Counted from the first letter of the stretch, positions 24,877 to 34,520 are shown. The stretch is 34,520 nt of DNA from an uncultured Opitutia bacterium (GCA_903929325.1 CAIYUD010000251.1:1-34520), one strand, 5' to 3'. Notes: generated by a model not told the origin, from the sequence alone. A program made the numbers and translations.

Positions 24877-27384
24877 TTAACGCAACAAAGACTGCAGAAC
24901 GCCAACCATCGGCTGAGCAAGTCCGCCATCTGTACGTGCATTGACGGTAAACTGGGCGACTTGAGGCGCGGGGTAGGATTTTTCAACAATCACTTGTTGA
25001 ACGCCGCCGGCATTACCTTCGTTAAAGGCTAAACGAAGACGTTCAGCAAAAGCATCAAACTCTAACGAATCGCCACAGCGTTGCAGAAGTCGGCCTGAAA
25101 GATCTTGTGCATCTAAGCCACCGCGAACGAGTTCGCTCGACAATGCATTGGGACGCTCCCCGGGATATTGATAACGAGCAACCAGCTTAACTTGGTCGGC
25201 TGCAATCGTGCGCATACCTAAAATAAAATCGAAGTCGACGTTGGCCCGGAGCTGATTGAATCGCTTACGCGTAGCGAGATCCATGGGCAGTCGACGAAAA
25301 AAACGTTCCGTATTCAGCCAGAGCGAAACGCTGGCATCGGAGCAATAAGCCATGGTTGGAAGTTCTTCCTTGAGCTCAACTTGTCCTGCAGCCAACGCGA
25401 GACAGTTACGAATTTCTTGACCAATGCAGGGCGTGACCGGATCACCTTCAAACTCTACCATTAAAATGGCAGCGTTCGCCGTCACGCCGAAAGTAAAAAA
25501 ACCGCCTTGGGGGTCGAGGTAACGACCATCGGCGTAACGAATCATCGCGCGACTACGACTTAAGTCTGAGGCAACAACTTCTCCCGATCGTAGGCTCGAG
25601 CGAATCTGTGCGGATAAGCGCGAGAGTGCAGCTTCAGCTGCGACAGGATCGTTAATTCGAAAAACTAATCCGCAGATGACGACCGGACGGCCGGTTTTTC
25701 CGGCAGTGACGCGGATCGGAAATTTAGCGAAGGCAAAAACTTCTGATTTAGCATCCATACCATGACCGACTAAATCTTGGAGTGCTTGCGTTGCCACCGG
25801 GCCACCTACCCAGTCTAACCACGCCGAGAGCACAGGGTCGGCCTTCGCAGTAACAGCCACTGGTACGGCTTCGGATTTAATCGACTGCGTTGCGCCTGCG
25901 ACATCATTGGCGGCATGCTTGGCGCGAATAGGGGCTTCGGGACGAAACGTAAGCACCGCAAAACTATCGCCAGGGATGAGTCGCGTCTGTTCCTGGGGCA
26001 ATGCGCCAAAGAGCGTCGCGCCCCTTGGCCAGATTAACCAAGCGACAATGACGGCTACGAGGGCAACGGAAAGTCCGACAATCGCCGCCCGTGAACTTGA
26101 AGTGGAAACGCCCGTAGCCATCGCATGCTTAGGCTCATTACCCTTTAAGAGAGCAACGTTGAATCCAATGACTAAGGTCACAGCGAGAGGGTCGAACACG
26201 AGAACGAGGACAACGATGAGCCATTTGACGACGTCGTCGGCGGTGACATCAAACGCACGTGCAATGAATCGGTAAGTACCAATATCAGAGCGTTGAGTCC
26301 GCTGATCGAGTTCGTCTTTCTCTTTGGTTAACTTATTGATGTCTTTTTGCAACGCATCGACCTTGTTCTCGCCTGTGTCTGCCTTCTTTTTACTTTGGGC
26401 ATCCAGGGCGGCAAATTTTTCTTCAGCCACAGCCACGGCCTGCGTACCAACTTTATTCACTTCTAAAGCTTCAGCGTCTAATTTTTGTAGGTCTTGGCGC
26501 AGGGCATCATCAACCGTTTTCATTTCTGCAGCAATGGCAGTCGCTTGCTTGAGTTGCTCATCACGCAAGCGCTCGATGCGAGCACGGGCACGATCGAGGT
26601 CAGTAGCGATAGCGGAACGCTCGCTGAATTGCTGATCGCGCAGGTCTTGACCCTTACGGACACCATCTGAAAGGTTCAGGAATCCACTGTTACCCTGCTG
26701 GGTATAGGCATCGACCGCACGGTCGAGCACTTCAACGCGCTTCAGCAAACTCGCAATAGTCGCCTCGTCCGCTGCTACTGACTTAGTCAACGCATCTGCT
26801 TGAGCTGAATTACGCTCCGCGGAGGCACGCGCTGCGGTCGCACGGCGTTCATTGGCGGCAGCACGAGCTGCTTCAATACGAGCCAGTGATTGGGAAAGGG
26901 TGTCTCGCTCGAATGCCACGCGCTCTTGTGCACGGGTTAAGTCTTCACGGCTAATGCCGATGGACTGATTATTGACGCCGCGCGAAGCTTCAATCAGGGC
27001 TTTCTTGTCAATAATTTGAGCCTCGATACTGCGGATCTGACTTTCGGCAGCCCGTAATCCTTGATTCGTCTGCTCATAAGCACGTGCCAGGTAGCCGTAG
27101 TTACCGAGCGAGGTGATGCCAACAAGGACGACCAGAGCGATGGTCAGGTAACATTTAAGGGCAAACTGGATGGTCGCCCAGTAACGGTAAAGGAAAGAGG
27201 CTGCGACAAGCTTACCGATCTCAAGGGTGGCAGCCATGATCATCACAGGCCACTCGGAGCCGGCAAAGAGCAGGCCTAATCCGCGAACGGAGAAGAAGGC
27301 GGAGCAGCCAGCGATGAGGAAGGCGGAGGCTCCTATGACGAGTGGAAAACCTGAACGGGCAGAGGGAGCAGAGTTTTGGCTCAT
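24877..27384 (-). CDS. Large polytopic membrane protein: 3 TM, ~265-aa coiled coil, 2 TM, ~380-aa uncharacterised C-terminal domain
   Basis: 835 aa with an ATG start. Hydrophobic helices at about residues 14-33, 45-66, 75-98, 386-412 and 433-452. Residues ~101-365 are heptad-like and rich in A/R/E/Q/D/L. I recognise no catalytic motifs. Confidence 0.7.
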   Translation of the reverse strand: MSQNSAPSARSGFPLVIGASAFLIAGCSAFFSVRGLGLLFAGSEWPVMIMAATLEIGKLVAASFLYRYWATIQFALKCYLTIALVVLVGITSLGNYGYLARAYEQTNQGLRAAESQIRSIEAQIIDKKALIEASRGVNNQSIGISREDLTRAQERVAFERDTLSQSLARIEAARAAANERRATAARASAERNSAQADALTKSVAADEATIASLLKRVEVLDRAVDAYTQQGNSGFLNLSDGVRKGQDLRDQQFSERSAIATDLDRARARIERLRDEQLKQATAIAAEMKTVDDALRQDLQKLDAEALEVNKVGTQAVAVAEEKFAALDAQSKKKADTGENKVDALQKDINKLTKEKDELDQRTQRSDIGTYRFIARAFDVTADDVVKWLIVVLVLVFDPLAVTLVIGFNVALLKGNEPKHAMATGVSTSSSRAAIVGLSVALVAVIVAWLIWPRGATLFGALPQEQTRLIPGDSFAVLTFRPEAPIRAKHAANDVAGATQSIKSEAVPVAVTAKADPVLSAWLDWVGGPVATQALQDLVGHGMDAKSEVFAFAKFPIRVTAGKTGRPVVICGLVFRINDPVAAEAALSRLSAQIRSSLRSGEVVASDLSRSRAMIRYADGRYLDPQGGFFTFGVTANAAILMVEFEGDPVTPCIGQEIRNCLALAAGQVELKEELPTMAYCSDASVSLWLNTERFFRRLPMDLATRKRFNQLRANVDFDFILGMRTIAADQVKLVARYQYPGERPNALSSELVRGGLDAQDLSGRLLQRCGDSLEFDAFAERLRLAFNEGNAGGVQQVIVEKSYPAPQVAQFTVNARTDGGLAQPMVGVLQSLLR

Positions 27385-27454
27385 GGCGTACCCTACCCTA
27401 CCTCGCCCTTGTCTGTAAAGCAGAGATAGCGTTACACTTATGTCACTCTAGGGG

Positions 27455-28957
27455 TTAACCGTGCACCTTTTGGTCAAGAAAACTGACGACCTCATCTTCT
27501 GTCATTCGAACCTGCTCCAATGTATCACGGTTACGCACGGTCACGCCGGCGTCCTTCTCCAGGGTATCAAAGTCGACAGTGATACCATACGGCGTACCAA
27601 TTTCATCCTGGCGACGGTACCGTCGACCAATGGCCCCTGCCTCATCATAAAAGACGTTGAATCGACGCTGTAAGCGCTGGTGTAAGGCTTTTGCACGAGC
27701 GACTAATTCAGGCTTATTCTTCAACAAGGGGAACACGGCAGCCTTGAATGGGGCGATGCGCGGGGGAAGTCGCAATACCGCACGCTTCTCACCCTCGACC
27801 TCATCTTCATGGTAAGCTGTAGCCAATAAAGCCAAGAAGACACGGTCGACACCAACCGAAGGTTCAATCACGTGAGGAATGAAACGCTGCTTCGTGGCTT
27901 CTTCAAACCAATCCAGCTTCTGGCCCGAAACATTGCTGTGCTGCGTTAAGTCGAAATCACCACGTGCCGCGACTCCTTGAAGTTCCTGCACGCCAAAAGG
28001 AAATTCAAACATGATGTCTGTGGTTCCTTTGGAATAGTGTGCTAACTTTTCCCTAGGGTGTGCGTAAAGCGAAAGCTTAGCGCGCGGAATACCAATGGAC
28101 TCAAACCAAGCCAAGCATCGCTCGATCCACTCTTGGTGAGACGCGCTCCAATCGGCTTCCGGTGAAATAAAGTATTCAATTTCCATCTGCTCGAATTCTC
28201 GGGAACGGAAAATGAAGTTGCGTGGATTAATCTCGTTGCGGAAAGCTTTACCAATTTGCGCGATGCCAAAAGGTATCTTCACGCGACCGGTATCGACGAC
28301 GTTCTTAAAGTTAATAAAAATACCTTGGGCAGTTTCAGGCCGCAGGTACGCAACTGCAGAAGCGTCCTGCATCGCACCCACGTGCGTTTGAAACATCATA
28401 TTAAAGGAGCGCGGCGGCGTTAAGCTGCCAGGCTTTCCAGTCGCTGGTGAGGGAATCTTTTCGATCTCTTCCGGCTTCGCCTCGGTAAAGTCTCGAAGCA
28501 CAATCGGCTCGAGTGCGCCTTGTTTGGCCAACTTGCGCTTCATGTCATTCGCAGCCTCATCAGCCTTCGCCTGCATGGCTTCATCCTCCAGCACTGAAAC
28601 ATAGCCGATGGTTTCGCTAGCCACGCGAACCGGGGCGAAGAAAAGTTGGTCTGCGCGGTAGCGCATTTTGGACTCCTTACAATCAACCAATGGGTCTGTA
28701 AAATTCTCCACGTGACCTGAGGCCTTCCAAGTCGTTGGGTGGTGAATGATCGAAGAGTCGAGACCAACGATATCATCACGGCGGTGCACGAAGTCCTGCC
28801 ACCATGCCTGCTTAATGTTGTTTTTTAATTCAACGCCCAATGGGCCGTAATCAAAAAAGCCATTAAGCCCACCGTAGATATCGGAAGATGGGAATACGAA
28901 ACCTCGGCGCTTACAGAGGTTAAGAATAGATTCCATGAGCGTGGATGCTTCGGCCAT
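27455..28957 (-). CDS. glyQS: Glycine-tRNA ligase (homodimeric GlyQS type)
   Basis: Conserved start [41 protein letters not shown] at ATG 28957, with class II motifs and a C-terminal anticodon-binding domain. The 72 upstream codons of the track ORF overlap the MCE gene and look non-coding. Confidence 0.93.
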   Translation of the reverse strand: MAEASTLMESILNLCKRRGFVFPSSDIYGGLNGFFDYGPLGVELKNNIKQAWWQDFVHRRDDIVGLDSSIIHHPTTWKASGHVENFTDPLVDCKESKMRYRADQLFFAPVRVASETIGYVSVLEDEAMQAKADEAANDMKRKLAKQGALEPIVLRDFTEAKPEEIEKIPSPATGKPGSLTPPRSFNMMFQTHVGAMQDASAVAYLRPETAQGIFINFKNVVDTGRVKIPFGIAQIGKAFRNEINPRNFIFRSREFEQMEIEYFISPEADWSASHQEWIERCLAWFESIGIPRAKLSLYAHPREKLAHYSKGTTDIMFEFPFGVQELQGVAARGDFDLTQHSNVSGQKLDWFEEATKQRFIPHVIEPSVGVDRVFLALLATAYHEDEVEGEKRAVLRLPPRIAPFKAAVFPLLKNKPELVARAKALHQRLQRRFNVFYDEAGAIGRRYRRQDEIGTPYGITVDFDTLEKDAGVTVRNRDTLEQVRMTEDEVVSFLDQKVHG

Positions 28958-29012
28958 AAAAGTATGCACAAACCTTCCCAACACCACGTCCAATCGGCAA
29001 GCCTCGATTGAC

Positions 29013-29888
29013 TTAGTGAGCTTGGTCCTCAGGTAGTGACGCCCGTAAATCTTCAGCCGATTGTCGACATTTAGTGGAAAAACGGCGAATCGATTCGCCC
29101 TCTTTTTCTGGCCACTCAACAAACTCGCGATCCAGGCTATCCAAGCTAGCCTCAGCCATTCGCAACCCTTCACGCAAATCGGCTAAATGGGTTTGGGCTG
29201 CGCCGAGAGCTTCTGGCCCAACAAGCCTTTCAAGCCGTTGAACCGCCAGCCGCAGACGGTTTGATTTTTCAGTTAAGCCACTTGGAGCCGCCTCGGTTCT
29301 GCGTACGCGTGCCTCAAGGTCAGCCAAGTCCTCCATAAATGCATCAACTTTTAGGCGAAAATCTGTAGCTGCGAGCTTCTGAACTAAAGGGACAACTTGA
29401 GCCGCAGCCAGCTGACTGTCGCAAAGCTGCCAAGGCAACTCATCGGAACCTCCAACGGCAACGAGACGCGGACTTCCGGGCGACCAAACTAAATCAACTT
29501 CGAGAAAACCTGAAGCAGGGTTCACGGGTACAAATTGCACACGTAAGCCTTCATCAATCTTTTCAAACATCTTCGAGAGTGACGGGTCCTTGGAAACATC
29601 CAACGAAAGCACAATCTCTGGACGAATTTTTCCTGATTCTCCGTCTGACCATAAGCCGACCTTAGTGACTTGTCCTACAATCACACCTTTCAGGCGAATC
29701 GAAGATCCTACGGCCACCCCATTTACTGAAATTTCTGGCCGCACGACATAGCGAGCATAAGGCACTGCTGCCGCACGCCGTACGAAACAAACCAGTAAGA
29801 CAATCGCAACCACAGCGGCTGCAAGGACCGCAACGCCCCAAAGGCGCCACCGCCTTAAGTGGTGGTTTGCGGGTAGCTGCCTAGCCAT
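29013..29888 (-). CDS. MCE/MlaD-domain protein, N-terminal membrane anchor and C-terminal helical region
   Basis: TM anchor [17 protein letters not shown]. MlaD-like beta-barrel segment [25 protein letters not shown]...[10 protein letters not shown]. Helical tail. ATG 29888 is chosen over TTG 29903. It overlaps the pheA 3' end by 34 nt. Confidence 0.7.
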   Translation of the reverse strand: MARQLPANHHLRRWRLWGVAVLAAAVVAIVLLVCFVRRAAAVPYARYVVRPEISVNGVAVGSSIRLKGVIVGQVTKVGLWSDGESGKIRPEIVLSLDVSKDPSLSKMFEKIDEGLRVQFVPVNPASGFLEVDLVWSPGSPRLVAVGGSDELPWQLCDSQLAAAQVVPLVQKLAATDFRLKVDAFMEDLADLEARVRRTEAAPSGLTEKSNRLRLAVQRLERLVGPEALGAAQTHLADLREGLRMAEASLDSLDREFVEWPEKEGESIRRFSTKCRQSAEDLRASLPEDQAH

Positions 29889-30919
29889 TTGACATTCTCG
29901 CAACGCTTGGCGAGGTCACCAACTGCTTCCTGAATAGTGGGTGAATCCCAGTGCCCAGGAAAATCGATGAAGAACTGGTACTCCCACGCTTGTCGACGAC
30001 TTGGCCGTGACTCAATACGCAGCAGATTAAGTCCCCGTGAAGAGAAAGTATTTAAGGCGGCCTGGAGCGCACCTGGTTCATGCCGCAGCGTCACAACAAT
30101 GCTCGTCACCTCATCCTTTGCACCTGGAGGATTTGCCTTAGGCCCAACAACAAAGAAGCGGGTGGCATTGTCGCGACGGTCTTGAATCGCACGCACTAAA
30201 ACAGGTACACCACGAATTTCGGCAGCAGACGCTGCGGCGACCGCCGCAGAGGTCGGATCTTTGGCTACCGCTTCAACAGCTGCAGCGGTACTCGATGCAT
30301 CAACCAATTCTGCCTGAGGTAAATTGCGCGCCAACCAGTTTCGACATTGGGCTAAAGCAATATCTTTAGAAAGCACTCGTCGGACTTTATCTAAGGGACC
30401 TTGGCCAACTAAACAGTGCTCCACGTCGAGCGTAACTTGTGCAATAACTTTGAGATCAGATTCGGCTAAGAGATCTAAAGAATGACTCACGACGCCTTCG
30501 GTAGAATTTTCAACAGGGACTACACCGTAGGAAGCTTCGCCGCGCTGTACGGCAGAAAAAATATCGTCCAATGTGCGCATAGGCGCCACAGGGACACTCG
30601 ATCCAAAGACACGAATTGCGGCTTGTTGAGTGAATGAGCCTTCGGGCCCTAGGTAAACAACTGGCGCGTGCATCTGTGCACCAATCGACATGGAGATGAT
30701 TTCTCGGAACACCGCACGTACGCCACTGGAGGGCAATTCCTTCGACGCCGACACGAGGCCAGCTAAGACCTGCTCTTCCCGATGGGGAGCGTAGATTGCA
30801 GCACCTGCTTGAGCCTTGGCTTCGCCGATAGCACGCGCTGTCCGCAGGCGCTCAGAAAGTAGACGAAGGATTTCGCGATCAATCCGGTCTACCTCTTTAC
30901 GATGATCGTCTAAACTCAT
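29855..30919 (-). CDS. pheA: Bifunctional chorismate mutase / prephenate dehydratase (P-protein)
   Basis: N-terminal CM_2 helix LDDHRKEVDRIDREILRLLSERL, a PDT domain (VVYLGPEGSFTQQAA...VPVENSTEG) and a C-terminal ACT domain with ESRPSR. The ATG overlaps the scpB stop (ATGA). Confidence 0.92.
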   Translation of the reverse strand: MSLDDHRKEVDRIDREILRLLSERLRTARAIGEAKAQAGAAIYAPHREEQVLAGLVSASKELPSSGVRAVFREIISMSIGAQMHAPVVYLGPEGSFTQQAAIRVFGSSVPVAPMRTLDDIFSAVQRGEASYGVVPVENSTEGVVSHSLDLLAESDLKVIAQVTLDVEHCLVGQGPLDKVRRVLSKDIALAQCRNWLARNLPQAELVDASSTAAAVEAVAKDPTSAAVAAASAAEIRGVPVLVRAIQDRRDNATRFFVVGPKANPPGAKDEVTSIVVTLRHEPGALQAALNTFSSRGLNLLRIESRPSRRQAWEYQFFIDFPGHWDSPTIQEAVGDLAKRCENVKWLGSYPQTTT

Positions 30920-31674
30920 GACTCGGTTGAAGGAGGCGCTTCACCTTCTTCGGATACTAATCCAAGATCTGCTTCTTCCACGGCGACAGGCGCAGTGGCG
31001 CGGGTAATCCACTCGGAAATTTGTGCAGGTGAAAGCACGTCGGAAGCAGGTAATTCTCCCAACGAACGTAACCCTGAGAAATCTAAGAACTTATCAGTGG
31101 TACCATATTGCAAAGGACGACCAGGTAAATCGGCACGACCTGTCACCGCAACGAGTTCGATTTCTTGCAAGCGAAGAAGCGCGCTTTCGATGGAGACGCC
31201 ACGGATGGATTCCATTTCGGCACGCGTTACGGGCTGACGGTAAGCAATAATCGCCAAGGTCTCGAGTGCCGCCGATGAAAGGCGCTGTGGACGCACTTCG
31301 CCGCGCAACAAACGAACCCAGCCTGCATAAGCTGGCGAAACAACTAAGCGAAATCCTTCAGGACCCTGAAGCACCCGGCAGACATCATTGGATTCGCGTA
31401 ACTCAGCATCCAACTGCTCCATGGCTTCGCGAATTTGCGTCGCCGTCACCAGTGTGGGAACTTGATCGATAATATCCTGGATGACCTCTTGGACAGGTGC
31501 GGCTTCTTGACCCGCAAGGGAGTCATTGGCGACGGATCCTGACTCCGCATCTGGGAGTGACGCACGGCGTTCGTCGTGGTGACGTTGCACAACCTTTTGG
31601 ATGTCCTTGATGGAGATAGGGTCCGATGTGGACAAAAGGAGCGACTTAAGGACGCGCTTGAGGTTGAATTCCAC
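30916..31674 (-). CDS. scpB: Segregation and condensation protein B (SMC-ScpAB complex subunit)
   Basis: Motifs [17 protein letters not shown] and [25 protein letters not shown]...[27 protein letters not shown] 31674 is chosen because it gives a canonical-length N-terminus and leaves a 102-bp divergent spacer. The track's TTG 31797 would overlap the ilvD start. Confidence 0.78.
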   Translation of the reverse strand: MEFNLKRVLKSLLLSTSDPISIKDIQKVVQRHHDERRASLPDAESGSVANDSLAGQEAAPVQEVIQDIIDQVPTLVTATQIREAMEQLDAELRESNDVCRVLQGPEGFRLVVSPAYAGWVRLLRGEVRPQRLSSAALETLAIIAYRQPVTRAEMESIRGVSIESALLRLQEIELVAVTGRADLPGRPLQYGTTDKFLDFSGLRSLGELPASDVLSPAQISEWITRATAPVAVEEADLGLVSEEGEAPPSTES

Positions 31675-31776
31675 GGGAAAATGAGTTGGGTTAAGGTAGA
31701 CGCGGCCGTAAGGTTCGCGTGTACAAAAACTGATGTCGGCTTTGCCGACTGTCCACCGCAGAATCTTCACAAACTT

Positions 31777-33462
31777 ATGCCCGACCCCCAAGCCCAACGC
31801 CGCTACTCCTCACCTGTTGTTGACGGCCCTGACCGCGCCCCCAGCCGAGCCATGCTCCGGGCCGTAGGCTTCTCGGAGGCTGATTTTACAAAACCCGTCG
31901 TCGGGGTCGCCTCAACTTGGTCAATGGTGACGCCCTGCAATATGCATATCGACCGCCTGGCCACTGAAGCCGCCAAAGGAACCGAGGCGGCCGGCGGTAA
32001 ATCGATTATTTTCGGCACCATTACCGTCTCGGATGGCATTTCCATGGGCACGCAAGGCATGCGCTACTCCCTCGTCTCACGCGAAATTATTGCCGACTCT
32101 GTTGAAGCCGTGGCAGGCGCAGAAGGGTTTGACGGTTTGGTCTGTATTGGAGGCTGCGACAAAAATATGCCCGGATGTGTGATGGCGATGGTTCGCTTAA
32201 ATCGTCCTTCAATTTTCGTCTATGGCGGAACGATTGTACCCGGTCTTCACCACGGAAAGCCGGCTGATATTGTAACTGTATTCGAAGCCGTTGGACAACA
32301 TGCGGGCGGGAAGATGACCGATGGTGAACTCAAAGAAATCGAATCGTGTTCTATCCCTGGCGAAGGATCGTGCGGCGGGATGTACACCGCCAACACCATG
32401 GCCTCGGCCATTGAAGCTCTCGGCTTAAGCCTTCCAGACAGCTCTGCACAGTTAGCAAATTCTAAAGATAAACTTTCCGATTGTGCTCGCTCGGGCGCCG
32501 CCGTGGTTGAGTTACTTCGTCGGGGTATTCGCCCGTCAGACATTCTTACCAAGGAGTCTTTTGAAAACGCCATCACCGTGGTGATCGCCTTAGGCGGATC
32601 GACGAACGCCGTACTACACTTAATCGCTATGGCACACAGTGCTGGCATTTCCGTTACCCTTGAAGACTTCGAGCGCGTTGGTCGACGGGTTCCCGTGCTG
32701 TGCGATCTAAAGCCTAGTGGTAAATACAATATGGCCCACTTTGTTCGCATCGGCGGACTTCAGCCACTGTTGCGCCAATTGCTCGACGCAGGATTACTTC
32801 ACGGAAAGTGCCTAACAGTAACCGGAAAAACCATGGCGGAAAATTTAGCCGACGTAAAACCGTACGCAGCCAATCAGGATGTCGTGCGCCCCATGGATAA
32901 TCCAATTAAGAGTGACAGCCATTTGCGCATTCTACGCGGAAACCTCGCACCCGAAGGTTCCGTTGCGAAAATCTCCGGCAAGGAAGGCCTCAGCTTTACA
33001 GGCAAAGCGATTGTTTTCGAATCTGAGGAAGCGAGCCTGCGTGGCATCCTTGATGGCGCCGTCAAAGACGGGCACGTCATCGTGATCCGTAATGAAGGCC
33101 CCGTCGGCGGACCTGGCATGCGCGAAATGCTCGGACCAACGAGCGCCGTCATGGGTAAAGGCCTCGGCAAGACAGTTGCCCTCGTCACCGATGGACGTTT
33201 TTCCGGAGGCAGTCACGGATTCGTGGTTGGCCATATCACGCCGGAAGCTGCGGTGGGTGGACCACTCGCACTGGTGCATGACGGCGATACCATCACTTTG
33301 GATGCAGTGCGGAATGAAGTTAATCTCGAAGTGTCTCCAGAGGTACTCGCTGCCCGCCGCGCAAATTGGAAGGCAGCACCGCCACGCGAAACCCGTGGTG
33401 CGCTCGCCAAATATGCCCGCCAAGTTTCTTCGGCGTCACTGGGTGCAGTGACCGATCGCTAA
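31777..33462 (+). CDS. ilvD: Dihydroxy-acid dehydratase
   Basis: Motifs [51 protein letters not shown] 31777 is chosen ([17 protein letters not shown]...). The 67 upstream codons of the track ORF lie antisense to scpB. Confidence 0.95.
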   Translation: MPDPQAQRRYSSPVVDGPDRAPSRAMLRAVGFSEADFTKPVVGVASTWSMVTPCNMHIDRLATEAAKGTEAAGGKSIIFGTITVSDGISMGTQGMRYSLVSREIIADSVEAVAGAEGFDGLVCIGGCDKNMPGCVMAMVRLNRPSIFVYGGTIVPGLHHGKPADIVTVFEAVGQHAGGKMTDGELKEIESCSIPGEGSCGGMYTANTMASAIEALGLSLPDSSAQLANSKDKLSDCARSGAAVVELLRRGIRPSDILTKESFENAITVVIALGGSTNAVLHLIAMAHSAGISVTLEDFERVGRRVPVLCDLKPSGKYNMAHFVRIGGLQPLLRQLLDAGLLHGKCLTVTGKTMAENLADVKPYAANQDVVRPMDNPIKSDSHLRILRGNLAPEGSVAKISGKEGLSFTGKAIVFESEEASLRGILDGAVKDGHVIVIRNEGPVGGPGMREMLGPTSAVMGKGLGKTVALVTDGRFSGGSHGFVVGHITPEAAVGGPLALVHDGDTITLDAVRNEVNLEVSPEVLAARRANWKAAPPRETRGALAKYARQVSSASLGAVTDR

Positions 33463-33481
33463 GCTCGCGCTTAAAAACCTC

Positions 33482-34519
33482 TTAGACGCGAACGAGTTTG
33501 ATCGGGAAAGTCCGGCCCGAGTTCCACTGGGCAACGTAGATAGACTCTTCGTCATCGATGGCTACGCCGTGGGGGAAGTGGAAGGGGTTGTTGGCAGAAG
33601 TGGTTACCTTTTGCAGAACGCCATCTTTATAGACAGGCGCATCACCGCCCACATTCGAGACGACTTTAAAATCGGCATCGACGACAGAAATGAGTCCAGC
33701 TGTACCCGGCGGGATTGCGCAATTCGCATTGAGAGAGATCTGCGGGATGAAGCTATGTTTACCGTGCTGAGTGACAAAACATGGGAAGCAATTCGCGAAG
33801 GTGAATTTTGCGAGCGCCTTGCCGTTGAGATCGAAACGCTTGATGGCGCTCTCTTGTCGTGAGGCGATGTTGAAGTAAGACTTTCCTGAACGAGTGTCGA
33901 CGCTGCCACCATGACACGTCGCGAGGTGCGCAAGGTCATTTCCAGGTAGGTGGTTGCCTCCAAAAACGGAAATCTCTTCGCCCTTTGCACTATAGCGCGT
34001 GACCTGAGAAGACCCGTAGCCATCCATCACGTAAAATTCACCATTAGGGGCAACCGCAACATCGGTCGGGCAATAGCCGACTTTAGGGTCAACGTAACGT
34101 CCACCCTTGGGCCGCCCTAACTCCAAGAGAACTTTACCATCAAGGGTGCACTTAAAGATCTTTCGGCTATTCGTGTCGGTAAGGAATAAAAATTCTGTGC
34201 CGTTTTGGTTCACGAGGGTCATACCATGTGCCCCTGGGAACTTCTTTTCCCACGTCGTCAGCAATTTTCCTGAACGATCATAAATCATCATGCTATTTGA
34301 AGTGTCCGTATTAAACAGGAAGATACGGCCAGCTTTATCCTGTACCATGGCATGGCAGTCGTTGACGGTGCGGCCCTCCGTCTTACCCCAGCCCACAATT
34401 GGACGGTAACGGAAATCGCCTTGTCCAAGAATTTCAGGGTGCGTATCGCCATCGGCAGCCCATGCACGGCGGGCAAAGAGACCAGAGACAATGGAGATGG
34501 TTGCGAATTGTCCAAGAAA
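33482..34519 (-). CDS. Secreted NHL-repeat / six-bladed beta-propeller protein (PAL-like), 5' partial
   Basis: The frame stays open from the track's GTG (34396) to the window edge, adding ...FLGQFATISIVSGLFARRAWAADGD..., a signal-peptide-like end. The body has repeated propeller-blade-like segments (IFLFNTDTSNSMMIYD, FLFLTDTNSRKIFKC, FYVMDGYGSSQVTRY, FHFPHGVAIDDEESIYVAQWN). Confidence 0.7.
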   Translation of the reverse strand, partial: FLGQFATISIVSGLFARRAWAADGDTHPEILGQGDFRYRPIVGWGKTEGRTVNDCHAMVQDKAGRIFLFNTDTSNSMMIYDRSGKLLTTWEKKFPGAHGMTLVNQNGTEFLFLTDTNSRKIFKCTLDGKVLLELGRPKGGRYVDPKVGYCPTDVAVAPNGEFYVMDGYGSSQVTRYSAKGEEISVFGGNHLPGNDLAHLATCHGGSVDTRSGKSYFNIASRQESAIKRFDLNGKALAKFTFANCFPCFVTQHGKHSFIPQISLNANCAIPPGTAGLISVVDADFKVVSNVGGDAPVYKDGVLQKVTTSANNPFHFPHGVAIDDEESIYVAQWNSGRTFPIKLVRV

Positions 34520-34520
34520 C

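Noticed and set aside
27304-27384. Lipobox-like LIAG|C at residue 27 of the 835-aa protein
   Set aside because: The segment continues directly into further hydrophobic sequence that looks like a conserved first TM helix (CSAFFSVRGLGLLFAG). This is probably a coincidental lipobox match, and a signal-peptide prediction tool would be needed to settle it.
28958-29012. T-box or other leader upstream of glyQS
   Set aside because: Only 55 nt are available, far too short for a T-box, and there is no specifier or antiterminator pattern.
28958-29173. 72-codon N-terminal extension of the glyQS ORF
   Set aside because: It overlaps the MCE gene's 3' end, and its sequence is not GlyRS-like. The conserved GlyRS start is at ATG 28957.
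31576-31776. 67-codon N-terminal extension of the ilvD ORF
   Set aside because: It lies antisense to scpB and to the spacer. The IlvD consensus N-terminus begins at ATG 31777.
32247-33423. Minus-strand ORFs of 104-167 aa inside ilvD
   Set aside because: They are antisense to a strongly supported IlvD gene and have no motifs.

Overview
This is a 34.5 kb, densely coding chromosomal window made up mostly of core housekeeping genes. I saw no rRNA, tRNA, CRISPR array, transposase, integrase or phage genes by eye.

Gene order:
- corA (5' partial, + strand).
- A long, tightly packed minus-strand block: rpmI-rplT | pheS-pheT-gatC-gatA-gatB-(Mpv17/PMP22-like membrane protein)-priA.
- A plus-strand block: Bcp-like peroxiredoxin, infC, a cell-wall amidase, a short CLC channel with CLC-F-like motifs, a TIGR03790-like secreted protein, rpsA and cardiolipin synthase.
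- metX (minus strand).
- A Fur-family regulator overlapping a fused MurU-AmgK-like gene (plus strand).
- A second minus-strand block: scpB-pheA-(MCE/MlaD protein)-glyQS-(835 aa polytopic coiled-coil membrane protein)-(504 aa disordered lipoprotein).
- ilvD (plus strand) and a 5'-partial secreted NHL/beta-propeller protein (minus strand).

The ORF track uses GTG/TTG as well as ATG starts. Several longest-ORF starts are clearly too far upstream, and I re-set them by hand from conserved N-termini and neighbouring stop codons: pheT, gatC, rpmI, rpsA, glyQS, ilvD, scpB, metX and the MCE gene.

Gene content (GatCAB, a TIGR03790-like protein, a PAL-like NHL propeller, weak Shine-Dalgarno usage) suggests a PVC/Verrucomicrobia-like bacterium. 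That is inference only.

The least explained part is the translationally adjacent pair at 23359-27384, for which I recognise no characterised family. It is the best candidate for something undescribed, but nothing in the sequence proves a function. Most of the rest is ordinary core genome, with a few unusual couplings and fusions noted in the findings.
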